The translations under genes and the position numbers were made by a program. DNA of 64,000 nt from NCBI RefSeq assembly GCF_000485595.1, contig NW_014577084.1, forward strand, positions 118,431 through 182,430. Direction: 5' to 3'. Below are positions 1 to 13,878 of this stretch, in pieces. The DNA comes from Priapulus caudatus (lineage: Eukaryota). Position 1 is the stretch's first letter, and every line of letters begins with the position of its first letter. A model generated the notes under the pieces. It did no database searches. It had not been told where the DNA came from and saw only the letters and a list, made by a program, of their open reading frames with translations.

Positions 1-134
1 CTTCATCGCTTCATCGCTTCATCGCTTCATCGTTTCATCGCTTCATCGTTTGTAAAAATCGGCTGGTGTGCGGTGGCCTTTAAATAGATGGAGCCTTTGT
101 GTTTGGCATTTGTTTGGCCTTTAGATGGAGCAAC

Positions 135-439
135 TTAGAAAATCTTAGATGGAGCGCCTTTGGTTATACATTGTTTTTCACATTGCCATTGTGTTTTCGT
201 GTTGTGACGTTGCACCGCGCTTGATGCAAAAATTTCCCACTTTTTGGATGTTTTTAAACGTGGAATGTGAAAAAAATAAAACTGTGGAAAAAAATAGCCA
301 TGCAACGTCGTTACGTTACGTGTCATGATCTGTAGAATGTTCCGACCAAGTTTGGAGAGGATCCGTTGAGCGGTGCGGAAACGTATAGCCGGACACACAA
401 ACACACACACAGACAGAAATTCGCCAATTTATAGTAAGA
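135..439 (-). mobile_element. Possible non-autonomous Helitron-like element (5' part)
   Basis: Minus strand reads A|TCTTACTATAAA...tctgtctgtgtgtg, i.e. a TC start followed by a short microsatellite, as in Lep1-type Helitrons. The 3' end is not defined. Confidence 0.35.
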
Positions 440-769
440 TTCTACTGCGATCCACAGTGTTGATTTGTCCACAGTATCCACAGTATTTCATCAACTAAGA
501 CAACTTTGCAGGAGACCCCTTGCCCCCCCCCCCGCCGCGCTAGCAACGGCCTTGCTTTGTCTTTCGTGTCGGACACACGCACGCACGCTTACACACGCAC
601 AAATAAACACACGTGCATAAGTATACAAGAACACGCCAACAACGTCAACGATGTGGTGTGGTTACTCTGTTTACTTTCAGTGCATTTTGGTGTCTCTCCA
701 TTTCGGTGCCCTTCGGTCTTTAGACGAACCGGGTAAGTAACTGTATCCGTCTGTGGCTATAGAGATAGA

Positions 770-857
770 TAGACTGGTACTCGCTCCCACCTCGATTCAA
801 CGAGATCTATCGAGCCATCGAGTAACTAAGCCGAGAGTGGGACCGGGTACCAGGCTA
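770..857. mobile_element. 88-bp MITE with a 10-bp target-site duplication; TIR related to the element at 23847-23914
   Basis: TAGACTGGTACTCGCTCCCAC...GTGGGACCGGGTACCAGGCTA flanked by TAGAGATAGA at 760-769 and 858-867. Confidence 0.7.
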
Positions 858-1131
858 TAGAGATAGACGGATTCGCTCTTTTTGCTCTAACATGATGCTC
901 TCTCGACCGTGTAGAGACAGAGCGCCAGTCTATAAGCTAGATGGCAGCACGTAATGTAAACACATGAATAATTATCTTCACTCGCAGCATAGATAATCGC
1001 AGCAATCAATGATACGTAAACATACATAATATATCCTTGGATACAATCAGGTTTCAGGTACAATGCAGAGTTTCTTACGTCCGCGGTAGAAAAAGCTGCG
1101 AGATTTGTCTTTTTTATGACACTCAGTGCGG

Positions 1132-4100
1132 ATGACTACTGCTAAAACTTCGTAAGGGCGTGCGCATTAAGGTGTTATCTCAGTATCTGTTGAATTAGTA
1201 GCGGAAATCGCCGATGAGTAACCTCTTAGTCTTACACATGTTGAACAATATCAAGAAGCATTGTTTTATGGAGAAGAGACTTGTTATATCCTAAGATTTC
1301 TAGAAACAACATGACAGAGTGAGTATTTTGACAAATTTGTCCAATTTTGATGGATGCATGAGGCTTCGTTAAATGAGGCATATATCATATATATATGGTA
1401 TTGCATGGTACTACCTATACTATAGTATCCTGTATTCCATAAAATAAGATAAGATAAGATATTATTATTAGATAACTTCATAAGATAAGGGGTTCGGAAT
1501 CGGCGGCCGCCATATTGACCCGTAGGAATTACTAGGAAAGCGGAAAGTGGGCTGGCTCTTGCGCCGAATTATTATGAGTTGCTTTTCACATTGTGGGTAA
1601 TGTTGCTGCTCACCCCCACATCGGGGAAATTTGTTTTACAGGCATGACATTTGATTGACATTTGACATGGCAAACTTCATAATGTTGTTCTTCAGAACGA
1701 AATTTGCAATGAATTATGTTTATAATATTTTCTCAATAAAATCTTACACTAAATGATGAGTGAGATGAGCAATAGCTCAACATGTGGTTTTTATCATGAA
1801 TGGTCTGAGTGTCCAACACTTGCATTTATGCAGCAAATACGTGGTTGAGGAGACTAATGGCATCACTTCAGAATTGATGCCTGTGGTAGCAATACCTCTG
1901 CAACGACTGGAAGACCACGATGTCTCTGTTCTTGCACACGACGTGGTTCATTTGACTCTTCACCAGGTAGGTAAAAATCAGTGATGTGTTATCCTGTTAG
2001 CACCAGGATGTGAAGTTAGCCACGTCCCACCAGGATATCCTGGCCATTAATTTAAAGGATTACGTGAATAACATGTTTATTTTACAGGCGGCTCGGGATG
2101 GCGATCCACAGCAGCTGGCAAGGCTTATCGAATTGCTGCCTGACGTGTCTCGTGCCATCAACAAAAATGACGAGAATGACATGACACCACTGCACTATGC
2201 AGCAAGGCATAACTATATAGACATAGCCAGACTACTAGTAGACAGTGGCGCAGGTATAGTTTGTAGTTGTGTCCCTATGTACAAGGCAGTGTTGCCAAGT
2301 AGGGTAGATGAGATATTCTGTAGATTCTGTACAGATATTCTGTAGGTTGGCATGCAATTGGACCATATGATGAGGTGATAAATGACAACTAGTTCTTTAT
2401 ATTAATACTTGATTTTCTTTAGTTTTTCTTGCGTTTATTGTGTCATATTTCTCTATTATTATGCACTGCAGATGTTATGTGAATGAAATCACAGAACTAA
2501 ACAGCAATAACACTAGTAGCAGAAATAGAAACAGTATATAGCATCAGCAGCAGCAGTAGGAATAATAATATTAGCATCAGCAGCAGAAGCAGTGACATTT
2601 GCTGGAGCAGAAATGGAAGAGCAGTACTTGTCAGATAGCCAACCTTTGCAGTAGTTACATATGGTTTTATATAGATGTAAACAACAAGGGCACAGATGGA
2701 CTGGCCCCACTGCATTATGCAGCCAGACGGCATAGACTTGTCCACAGAAAAAGTCTGGCGGCCATCATCAGCCGTCTACCAGCAGCAAAGGTATGAGTAA
2801 AACAGGCTTGCATATTACATGCAAGCCCATATATACGTGAACAAGATAAACCAATCTTACTGGTGTGAAGTTCTTCTCAAGATTGCATGCTGAGAGCATG
2901 GTGTTCCCAACTGGTAATATAATATAACGAAAGCAATTCCTATTAGTGATGAAACTATCCTTTTCAATTATCTTTGGCCAAGTTCAGCCATTCTTATTAT
3001 ATACTCATCTTTATGTCTTATCTCTGCATCTCTTTACTGTAAGTTGGTGCGATGCTATCATCTGCTTTTCATTTCTCTTCCATATTCTGCGCTTTTGTTG
3101 CATTTTGGCTTGATTTGCGCTATGCTGCTTCCAAGGTAAAAGCCCTTGCTAACAGTCTTGTGGCACTGCGTTCAAGTCAACATAGCAGCCAACAAGGATC
3201 CCAGGACATTGAACCTGTGCCTAACCTGAATGTAATACAGGTTGGTGAGCAGAAAAAGGCAAGTATTACCCTCTTACAGCAAGTAAGCACTTACTGCAAG
3301 CTGTGGGAGTTTGTAGTGATATCTTCAGGAGTGTCATAATATATCATGACATTCCTGATATCTTCCATCTGCTGCCTGCTGTCGCCGTCAACCATTTGTT
3401 TTGGTTATTGTTGCCATGGTAACCAGTTCCCAGATTTTATTTGGGACAAAATAAAATCCAAACGAGAGAAGCGTTTCCGTCCAAACTCGCACATACGGTG
3501 CAAATAAATTTTTGGGCAAATTTGTTTTGCAAACAAGTGGACAACCGCTGTTTTGAAATAATTATGGTACACAATTTATTATCCGAAATTCTGAAAACCG
3601 TAAAGCTCCGAAAACCGAAAGGTTTTTCGTGGAGGTCGTTTGCACACCAAATCTCGCGTTTGGCGCCAAAACTCGACCTGGCGCGACCCACGCTCAACCC
3701 ATTATTGAGTCAATTAATTGTGTCTTATCGCTCCTATACTGCCTACCAGTCAGACATGCCTTTGTTGCTCGCTGATATTTTTAATGTTTTTTTGTGTGTG
3801 AATTTGAGGACGTGAAATGTCAAAAGAGCTTCAAATTCCCCTATGGGTAATAGTGAGAAACAATTTGAGTTTTAGTACTGGCTAGTTGCAGGATATACGG
3901 TATGTATATCTGAACTGTAATACCATTCCGAAATCCGAAAAATTCAGAATTCCAAAACGTGTCTGATCCCAAGGGTTTCGGATAATAGATTGTGTACTGA
4001 TGTGGCAGCTATGATTAGCTCATCTGACATAGTCAGATGCATCTTGTAGAATCGCATGATTGTCTGTGCGTGCGTGCGTGCGTCCGTCCGTCAACAGTTG

Positions 4101-6121
4101 GGCACAAATCTTAACCGCTCGACGTACGGTCACGATATTGGGGGCGTGCGGGGTAATCCGAAAACGAGTTGGGATGTCGAAGCTGGGGTTCAAAGGTCAA
4201 AGGTCAAGAGGTGTAAAAGAAGGGGGAACATTCCCTCCTTAACTTAAGGTATAGGGAGAAAATGCAGAATTGCGGCACAAATCTAAACGGCTCAACCTAG
4301 GCTCGTGATAGTTGGTGTATAGCATCATGGTAGGAAAAGCCATCACTGTGCCGAAATTGGAGGTCACAGGTCAATGGGGCACAGGGCAGATTTTAGACAT
4401 TTTCTGAGGACATGGTCTGACGGAGCGATTGAAAACCTTTTTGTTTCAGCGGTGACCTACCATTTTTATGGCTTTATTGAAAGGACCATGAAATGTACTT
4501 TCCGCTGACATGCAAAGAGTAAGTGTCGGATAACCTTTTGACCCTCAAGAGGAGGGTTAAACATGGATTTGTTGACTGTTAACAAAGGACTGAACTGCTT
4601 TTGCTATTAGAGCCCCCATTATATGAATTTTTACTTCGTTTCTGAAGAGCATGTGTTCATGAGCTGAAGAGCATGTGTCCTTTGACCATTTGCCTCTCCT
4701 TGGGCTAATCTATGATTTGTTATATTTTATGAAATTATGAAAAATATAATGGCTTTAAAAAGCTGCATCTCTGTTGGATGTAATGTACACAGATTCATAG
4801 TGCAATTTAAAATTTAAAAAGTCAGTCAGTCAAGATTGAAGTACTAGTTTCTTTTTTTGTAACTAGCAAGTAAAGTGCATGTGGCAAAGGTAATAATATC
4901 TGTTAGAACACTTAATGCATGTTGTTATATTTACAAAAAATATGTGATGATTATTAGCCCAAACTATAATATTGATTTCTATAACAATCTCACATGTTTC
5001 TTGGAACTATGTTGTGAGAATACCGGACATTGCCACCAATAAATTATTTCAGTAACCACAGTGATAATCACAAAGAAATAATTTGTACCAGCTATCTTGG
5101 TTTTTAGATTCTAGGTTCTTAATCTTAGATCCATGACTTCATGGAAAATGATACTTCATAAAGTTGTGATAGAAATTATTGTATCACTATCAGAGTATCA
5201 GACACATAAGAACTGGTGATTTGTAGGACCAAAAAGGCAGTTGTGGATGGAGAAATTTCTAGTGTGTTGGGTTACATATATCCCCTGCTACACATGGGAA
5301 GGTTTTGAAATTATTAAAATTATGAGATTTTCCTAATTTTTCTAGCAAGGCGAAGATGAAGATCAGCCAACTGTTTCAACTGATGTTACTAACTCTGAAG
5401 ATGAAGATGAAGAAGAAGAAGAAGGGGCCAGTGAGCAAGAAAGTGTCATCAAGTTTCTCCTTAGCAAGGTGATTATACATCTCATTCAGCTGTCATGATT
5501 GGTTTCTGCATTGGCTACAAACAAACAGATTTAATCGGACGTTTTCAGGATAACGCAAGTTATCCTGTAATGTCTTTTTGAACACTATTTCTACCCATTG
5601 ACGCATGCACCATTTCACAATTCTGCTCAGTTAGTGTGGGGTCATAAACGAACCACACATACTGGACTCGTATGCTAAGAATATAGCGGTAGTGAATTTC
5701 AGGTAAAAAGGTATAATTTCATTTTGATGAGAGATGAAGGGTAAATCTGTGGTCCATTTCCGTTTCATTTCTATTTGTCAGTACTGATTGAGATAGATAG
5801 TGAGAGGTGAAAGGAGAAGAAAGGAGATACAGAGAGGAGAAGGGAGAGAAAAGGAGTAGAAATTGTTAGCGTTCTTCGCTGATACCAAACTTACATAGAA
5901 TATATATTCAGTAATTTTACACTCGGATGTGTAATTTCATAACAGTATGTAGAATGCTTAATTTTTATGTCTGTGCGTTTTTCTTTGGTAGGGAGCTCTA
6001 GTCAACATTAAGAACATGTACGGGTCGACACCACTGCATTTTGCAGCCATGCGTGGTAATCTAGAGGCAGCTGTGGATCTGATACAGTTCGCACACATTG
6101 ACATTGAGGTTCGTGTGTGTG

Positions 6122-6153
<32 letters not shown>

Positions 6154-9100
6154 TGCGTGCGTGATTGAGTGCGTGCGTGCGTGTGTGCGTGCGTGTGTGT
6201 GCAGCATTTAAAGTAACTGATAGCCAATGAAGCTTCGGTAATCGCTTACGAATTGCAGGAGGTTAAGTTCCTGGAAAATGCCGCGGGGATTGGTGTGCAT
6301 GCGTGCGTGCGTCCGTGCAGGCATGCGTGTATACAGCTAGATGGACGGATGGGTAACCAATAAATGCAGTATGTGTACGAACTTACATAATGTGTGTTCC
6401 TCCATAATAGGCAGTGGACAAACAAGAAAGCACAGCGTTGCACCTTGCATGTGTGTACGATCATGTCATCGTCGTTGAAGCCTTGCTAAGTGCCGGAGCC
6501 AAGCTGCGTGCTCTGACCTTCGATAAGAGAACACCTCTTCATCTAGCTGCCGTGGAAGGTCACACACTGATCATGCAGATGTTGCTAGAAGCTGGACATA
6601 ATACCGAGGGTTGGGCTATTGTGTCACAAGTATGTTTATTATTACTTGTAAGCTTATGTTCTATCCCACCGTGTGTATAACGTATGTGTCACTGCCAGAT
6701 AACATAGTGGAAACAATTATGTAACAACTAACTTGAAAGGTTGAATTGTTTGTCTGGCCTGCCTGTAATAATAACATTTGCTTTTTGGATCATATTTATT
6801 CACATATATGATCTTGAGTTGTCTACATGGCTGTATTATAAAAATTCTGAAGATATTTATGTGTGCGCGTGTGTGGCTTTGAAACGGTTTACAGATGGTG
6901 ACTGACCAGGACTCTGAAGATAGCACTGCTCTGCACCTGGCGATTGATGGAGGGAGCTATGACATATGCGAGATACTATTACAGAATGGTAATGTGCTGC
7001 GCAGTAATGCATTGTGCCACGCGCATTGGGTGTCCATCTTTGTACATGCAGAGTACTGCATTGGTATGGATAAATATAGATCAGAAGTAGATAATAGGGA
7101 AGGAGTGTGACTTCAATAAACATGGGAAATTCGTCATTTACTAGCCTTAGAATACCTACGATTTACTACGCGTAACTCAACCAACTTGAGCTCAAATCGT
7201 ACACAGTACATTCGCCTAGCATCGTGCGAAATCGTTTCCTCATATATACCTGCAATACGGAGATACAGACTAAAACGTACGACACGATTCTCCATTCTGT
7301 TGGCAGCAAACCGAATCCATAACCCGCCTAACTTGAAACAATAGGCAGCTACTAACAACTCTTGCACACTCTTGTGCCCTCGGCGATGCGGTGTGGCTCG
7401 CTGGGAGATTGGAGCTGGAGCTGCTGCTGATTGCGGTGGGCGTGCGTGCGTGGGCATACCAGCTGTAAATAGATTAGCTCACCGAGTGTTGCGTCGATGT
7501 CCAATCTTCCAGCGAGCCACACCGCATCTCCGAGGGCACAAGAGTGCGCAAGAGTCGTTAGTATAGCTGCCTATTGTTTCAAGTTAGGCGGGTTATGGAT
7601 TCGGTTTGCTGCCAACAGAATGGAGAATCGTGTCGTACGTTTTAGTCTGTATCTCCGGATTGCGGGTGTATACGAGGAAACGATTTCGCACGATGCTAAG
7701 CGAATGTACTGTGTACGATTTGAGCTCAAGTTGGTTGAGTTATGCGTAGTAAATCGTAGTTATTCTAAGGCTAGTAAATGATGAATTTCCCTTGTTTATT
7801 GAAGTCACACTCCTTCCCTATTATCTACTTCTGATGTAGATGGACTCTTTTTACGTACATTAACAAAAACATGCTTCTTCCAACTGTGCACTGAACTGCA
7901 AACAAGCAAATTAGAAATAGACTTTTACCATCAATCGTGTTCTTAATTAATATAGACTCCATGTACTCTTATGAATCAATTTTTCTCTTGTCAAATTCAA
8001 CTGAACATTTTTCTTCCAGGTGCAGACGTGAATACACACAGAAACCACTACAATCGACCGCTCCACTTGGCGGCACATTTTGGAAACCTGCCTATTGTGA
8101 AGCTGCTTCTTCAACACAATGCCGTCATCGACACTATGAATGACACACGTGAGACACCCTTGCATCGTGCCGCCGCCAATAACCATGGCGACGTTGTCGT
8201 CTATCTTATCACCAAGTACGTCTGCTAGTGCATTTCGTAAAATAATGTAATGTTAACATTGTACACAAATTTGAATGCTGCGTGTTACATTATTTAGCAA
8301 TATATGTATGATATTATAGGTCCAAATGCAGCAGTATAGGCTTTTCTGTGATCACAATTGGATGCAAGGTTATTGTGAATGAATGCTTGTCCTATGTCGT
8401 GTTATGGCAGGTTTCATTGTGTATGTACCCAGTCACTCGCTTCTAATTTGTCACAACTTTTCAGGATTTGGATACGTTTTCAAAATAAGTGACAGTAAGG
8501 TATGCTGTTACCATTATTGTTCATATAATATGTAATTTATTTACAAACTGTCTCGATTCCTTGTCCTACGTGTGACTCTGACTGTGTCCTCACATGTGTT
8601 CACAGCGGAGCCAGAATTGAACACAAGAACACGGACAACTTTACCCCGCTGCTCACTGCTGCTTCTCTTGGCCACACCGAGGCCATACAGCAACTGCTGG
8701 AATACAAAGCCAACATCGCTGCTGTGGACAAAAATGAAAAGTCTGCCGTCTATTGGGCAGCACAGGGAAACCACCTGGAAGCACTGAAGGTGAATCAAAT
8801 GTCACTGTGATTATCTTACAGGATCTACATCACATGCTTCCAAAGTTATCGTGGGTCCAGTGTCAAATGTATACTCCATGTTTTACTGTTATAGCCTCCC
8901 TGTTTTAGCTGTGTTTATTTTATTTCCTACAAATATTAAATGTAACCAAATATCTAACGTTTACCTAAATAGCAACGCTTTTTTGTTGTTGTTATTTGTA
9001 ATTATTTTTATGCATGTAGTTTCAATATAAATATTTATCAATATTTTATAATAAAATTGGCATCATTTTACACAGGAGCTGCTCAGCCACTATAAGTCTC

Positions 9101-12100
9101 GGCGTAGGATAAACTGCGGTGATCGTGTTGGCGTGACAGCACTCCACATGGCGGCTCAGAATGGGTTCCGCGACTGTGTTGCCCTCCTTCTAAAACACGG
9201 CGCGACAATTGATGAAAAGAACGAGTGGGAAAAGACGGCACTTCACCTGGCAGCTCAGGACGGCAGGACGAAGTAGGCGAATGTTTCTGTATGACTATTT
9301 GTATGTGTGAAACATTTCAGCTTAGCCACCCAGAGCAAATTAACTGAGCCTGTACTGTGGGACAAATTGGTCTGGTTATGGATTAGTCGAAGCCTACACA
9401 TAACCATGTGTGTTTATTTTCCTGCCGTGCTGCATGATCTCTTAGCTTCGGCATTATCAAAAGTTTAGATCGTAAGGTGGCTGCGGCGATGGTGGTGCTG
9501 GTGGCGGCAGCGTCAAGGGCGGCAATTCTCTCGCCGTTGTTGTTTTTGTTGTTATGGTTTTAATTGTTTTTCATCGCAGGACGTGTCAGCTGCTACTGCA
9601 GCACAGCCACATGATCGTCAGCGATGAGGATGAGGATGCGAACACCCCGCTGCACCTTGCTGCGTTGGCCGGACACAGAAACATCGCACGTCTGCTGCTC
9701 AGATACGGAGCAGACGTGCAGGCAAGGTATGACACTACTAGTATCTTCTGCAAATAATATGTGAGGCTGGTGTGTATAAGAGGCTAGCTATGTAAGGCCT
9801 AAATTTCTTTTTTGCTTCTAGTATTTGCTTGTCTTCAGGCGTATTGGAACAAAGATTTTTTGCTGACAGTTTTACAGCCTTGAAATTTTTTCCGATATGT
9901 TTATGAGTGTGCTACCTCTTTCATATATATATTTATTAACATGATATTTTCTTTTAAAATTTCCTTCAAAACACAGCCGAACCTTTCCTCAGAATCCTGA
10001 ATTAACCAATGGCCTTCTGTCTTATTAGGATGATATGTAGTCAGGGACAGAAGTAAATGTGCATTAGCTGGTCATTCATGGATGGGCTGTCTCTCTCCCT
10101 CCCTCCCTCTCTTCCTCACTCCCTCCTTCCCTCCCTCCCTCTCTCCCTTTCTCCCTCTCTCCCTCTCTCCCTCACTCCCTCCTTCCCTCCCTCCCTCTCT
10201 CCCTCCCTCCCTCTCTCCCTCCCTCCCTGTCTCCTTCCCTCTCTCCCTTCCTTTCTCCCCCTCTCTCTCTCTCTCACCACCGCAAGTAAATTGTATTTAA
10301 CGCGAACCGCTGAAAAACTCTCTGCTTCGTTGTTAACATCTCTCTAGGAACTGCAATCTGTGGGCGCCGCTTGACTGTGCTGCTTACCATGGCCACGTGG
10401 ATGTCATCGAGGTGCTGCTTGAAGCTGGCTGTAACGTGGACCCCACCGACATATCAAAGGTATGTATACGTTTCTATTAGGGGGACCCCACCGACATATC
10501 AAAGGTATGTGTACGTGTCTATTAGGGGGACCCCACCGACATATCAAAGGTATGTATACGTTTCTATTAGGGGGACCCCACCGACATATCAAAGGTATGT
10601 GTACGTTTTTATTTAAGTATGTGTTGCTGATTCTTGGTTCACATTGGGCTCAGCATGCCAAATGTTATATGTTGATAGAAATGCATTGTTTAGAAAGAAA
10701 TGTCACTTAGTGGCAGCACACTGTACTACGGAAAAATCTTTGTTGATTTTTATTTCGCCGTGTAGATGTCAAAAACTCAGCTAGCTTTACGATTATCGCG
10801 TTTTCTTTGTTTTGTAATTTGTGCAGACCACGCCTCTACACCTGGCCTGCACCAAGGGCCATGTCACTTGCGTCAAGATGCTGCTGAGATGGGGTGCCAG
10901 CGTGGCGTACTGCGACAGCGATGGCTTCAACTGTCTCGATCGTGCCATCAACAGCGGCCGTACAGACGTAGCCATGGCGATTATCGAAAGCGCGGCGTGG
11001 GAAGAGTCACTCAGAAACGACACAGTGAACAAGGCGAATGGACGTCGCCAAACGCCCATGAGAAAACTTATCCAGAAGATGCCTGGTGCGTGAAATTAAG
11101 GGGTGTGGCTTAATAATAGTGATGCTTAGTGTTCGTAAGCAGAGTTGTCATGTAGAGTACGATTATGCCATTTCTGCTGCACATTCAGCCAAACCATCTT
11201 TGTGTTCGAAGTCTATAGGAACGGCCTATTAGAAGGGTGCCAATTAAAAGTAAATTAGTGTATATCACTATTTGTAGCTGATTTTATTGTTGAGTAGGCT
11301 GACTGAAAGTCACATTTATTAGTGTTGCAGTTTCCATAATGACATCCTAAGCCAAATGATAAGATTAAACATTTTAGAATGTCAATAAGACATTCATGAT
11401 ATAGGTTAGCACAAGTTTGGCCATCTCCATTTGTATCCCAAAAGCACACCTTCATATGTTTATCGATGCTAATTGTATTGGTTATATTAAATCAATCTTG
11501 TATTACTGCTGGCAAGTTTACTGAACCTTTCAGTCAGAACATGCTATAGCAGGCAATAACATGCATGCATCTGACGTCCCTATAGCCACTATTTAGCTGA
11601 TAGCTGTATGAAAATCATAGTATCATATCCACTCTACACTGGTACTTCTTTCTTAGTACAAGTACTTCTTTAGCAGTAGGGTTAGGGTTAAGTATAGCTT
11701 TGTTGTGCATTAGCTATATCTCTATTCGTTCAACGTTTGTCTCAGATGTGGCAGACGCTGTGTTCACTAAGTGCATCCGTGCCAACAATGTTCACTCTGA
11801 ACATCCCCACTACCAACTCACCTTGAACTTTGAGTTCCTCGACGACACCTACAGTGTCTGGACAAAGCCAACAATACCCTCTAGTGGCAGTCTGCACTCG
11901 TAAGTACATTGCTTGATTCGCTAGAGCTGAGCTGATCCAACATGGTTTTGTTTATAACTGTAGAACTGATGTGTAATTATTTATCTGGTTCTGGGGATAC
12001 TCAGTACCTGAGTAACAACGGAAGGAAGGTAACGTGAATCCAGCACAAGCATTGGGCTTCTTGTGTCGCTTAACATGAAGGATTGTGTACGGCTGCATGA

Positions 12101-13841
12101 CCTTCATTCCTTGGGGAGGTGGGTTGCACTGTTTAGACCTCATAACGTAGATGACCTTTTTCTCAGTCTTGCAACCATTTGTTTAGCAGCTTACTAGCAG
12201 CTCGCTGACTGTTCATCCATCGGTTTGGTAGTAGAATGATGAACTGGTAATATAGTGTGATCAATTTCTGAATTATAGCAAACTCAGAGATTGGCATAGA
12301 CCAATGCTTTTGGGTCATTATATGATTAAATTGACTAAGTCTCGAATTTTCTATAGTAAAATTTGTAAAATTTTTGTTGCCATTTTTTTACATTAAAAGT
12401 AAGAACTAACGGGACTATAAACGTATTGTCAAATACTTACTTGATAAGATTGTTTCTCAACTAGTTAAAAATCCAAAAAACCTGGACGATTTGATATTAG
12501 TGTTCCTAACATTAATTGCTTGCTATGGGCTATGTATGAGCCACGAGTGTATGCATGTTCACATCGAACAATATAGTAAAATAAGAAGTATAATGCAGCA
12601 ATTTAACCATAAAAAGTGAACACAATTACTTGTATTTTGTGGAAAAGTGGAAATATTGTTATTTTTTTACTATTAACGGTGACGTAATTACTTTAAATAT
12701 TACTGATACACTATGCACAGGGAAGGTATAGTTAATGAACTTTATGATTCTCTTAACCTTAAGGTACCTTTGCAGTGTTTTGGCAGCTATAGGCCTGTTT
12801 AAAAAAAATTGAATGGCGACAGTGGCGTCACATGGGAATATAAAATTATTTTATATTGTTTTCGATTTATAGTAGTTATTTTGATGAGGATTCAAGTCAT
12901 ATTTTACCTTTATTATTTTTAATAATATTTTTTACTGTTGTTTAGAAAGTAATGTTATGGACAAATTCGTTAAAGAGAAGCCCTAACCACAGTACACATT
13001 TATGACTTATGTGTATATCTTAACACTTTCAGAAGTAACAGAAATATCTACACTGATGAGGGATATCTCACGACAGAAGCTGCGCCTTACACAGAGGAGC
13101 CCAGTTTGCAAAAGTCCAACCACCCACTGATGATAATGGTAGGTGTATTGCATGCAGTACCTCACATTACTTTGGTTTCTTACGTTTCTCTTTGGTATTT
13201 TATTGGTGTATTATAGGTAACCTCCCCTCCCTACTCTCTTCCTTTTCCAACATGCAAAAATATTCAAAATTTAGGGATCTCTATAGTGATGCATTTGAGC
13301 AGAATAGAGGCCTTCTGCTATGGTACAGATACATGTTGTGCAAGTGTGCATGGGAAAAAGGTGTAATGAAAATTGCAAATCAATAAATGAGCGCACCTTT
13401 ACCAGAATGTTGAAGGTGAAGTTGCCAATTTCTATTCTATTTATTCCACATCACATACTGGAAGGTGCTCAATTTTATGGGGGTATTAAACAGCAAAACA
13501 ATGCACATTTTTAAGTGTTATGTCAACATGATTGATGTTTTGCCATCGCTGTTGTAAATGACAGGTGAAAGCAAAGAGGGAGCACTTACTGAGTCACCCC
13601 CTGGTGACGATGCTGCTGAAACGTAAATGGGCGCGCTTTGGGCGCTGGCTATACTACAGCAACCTATTCGTGTTTCTCATCTACCTTTCGTTCCTGACGA
13701 GCTACCTGATCATCACTGATCCACCATTTACCTACAGAATGCAGTGAGTAATATTTTATTAGCTGTTATTGAATTAATAGTAAAATTTACTAGTGCATGC
13801 ACGAGCAATAATGATATTATATAATACATATATATATATAT

Positions 13842-13878
<37 letters not shown>

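Noticed and set aside
1..83. (CTTCATCG)n repeat followed by ...GGTGTGCGGTGGCC-TTTAA, possibly the end of a MITE
   Set aside because: The other terminus lies outside the window, so it cannot be verified.
1063..1145. Upstream ATGs at 1063 and 1116 as the TRPA1 start
   Set aside because: Both reach stop codons within about ten codons. Only the ATG at 1132 reaches the phase-2 donor at 1152 that matches the next exon; the others could be uORFs but there is no supporting evidence.
7134..7781. Two near-identical ORFs on opposite strands (...CFKLGGLWIRFAANRMENRVVRF...)
   Set aside because: A consequence of the inverted repeat; no transposase motif is recognisable.
10438..10608. CRISPR-like look of the 45-bp repeat, and of the 27-bp and 87-bp arrays
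   Set aside because: Units are contiguous with no unique spacers, there are no cas genes, and the context is a eukaryotic intron-containing gene.
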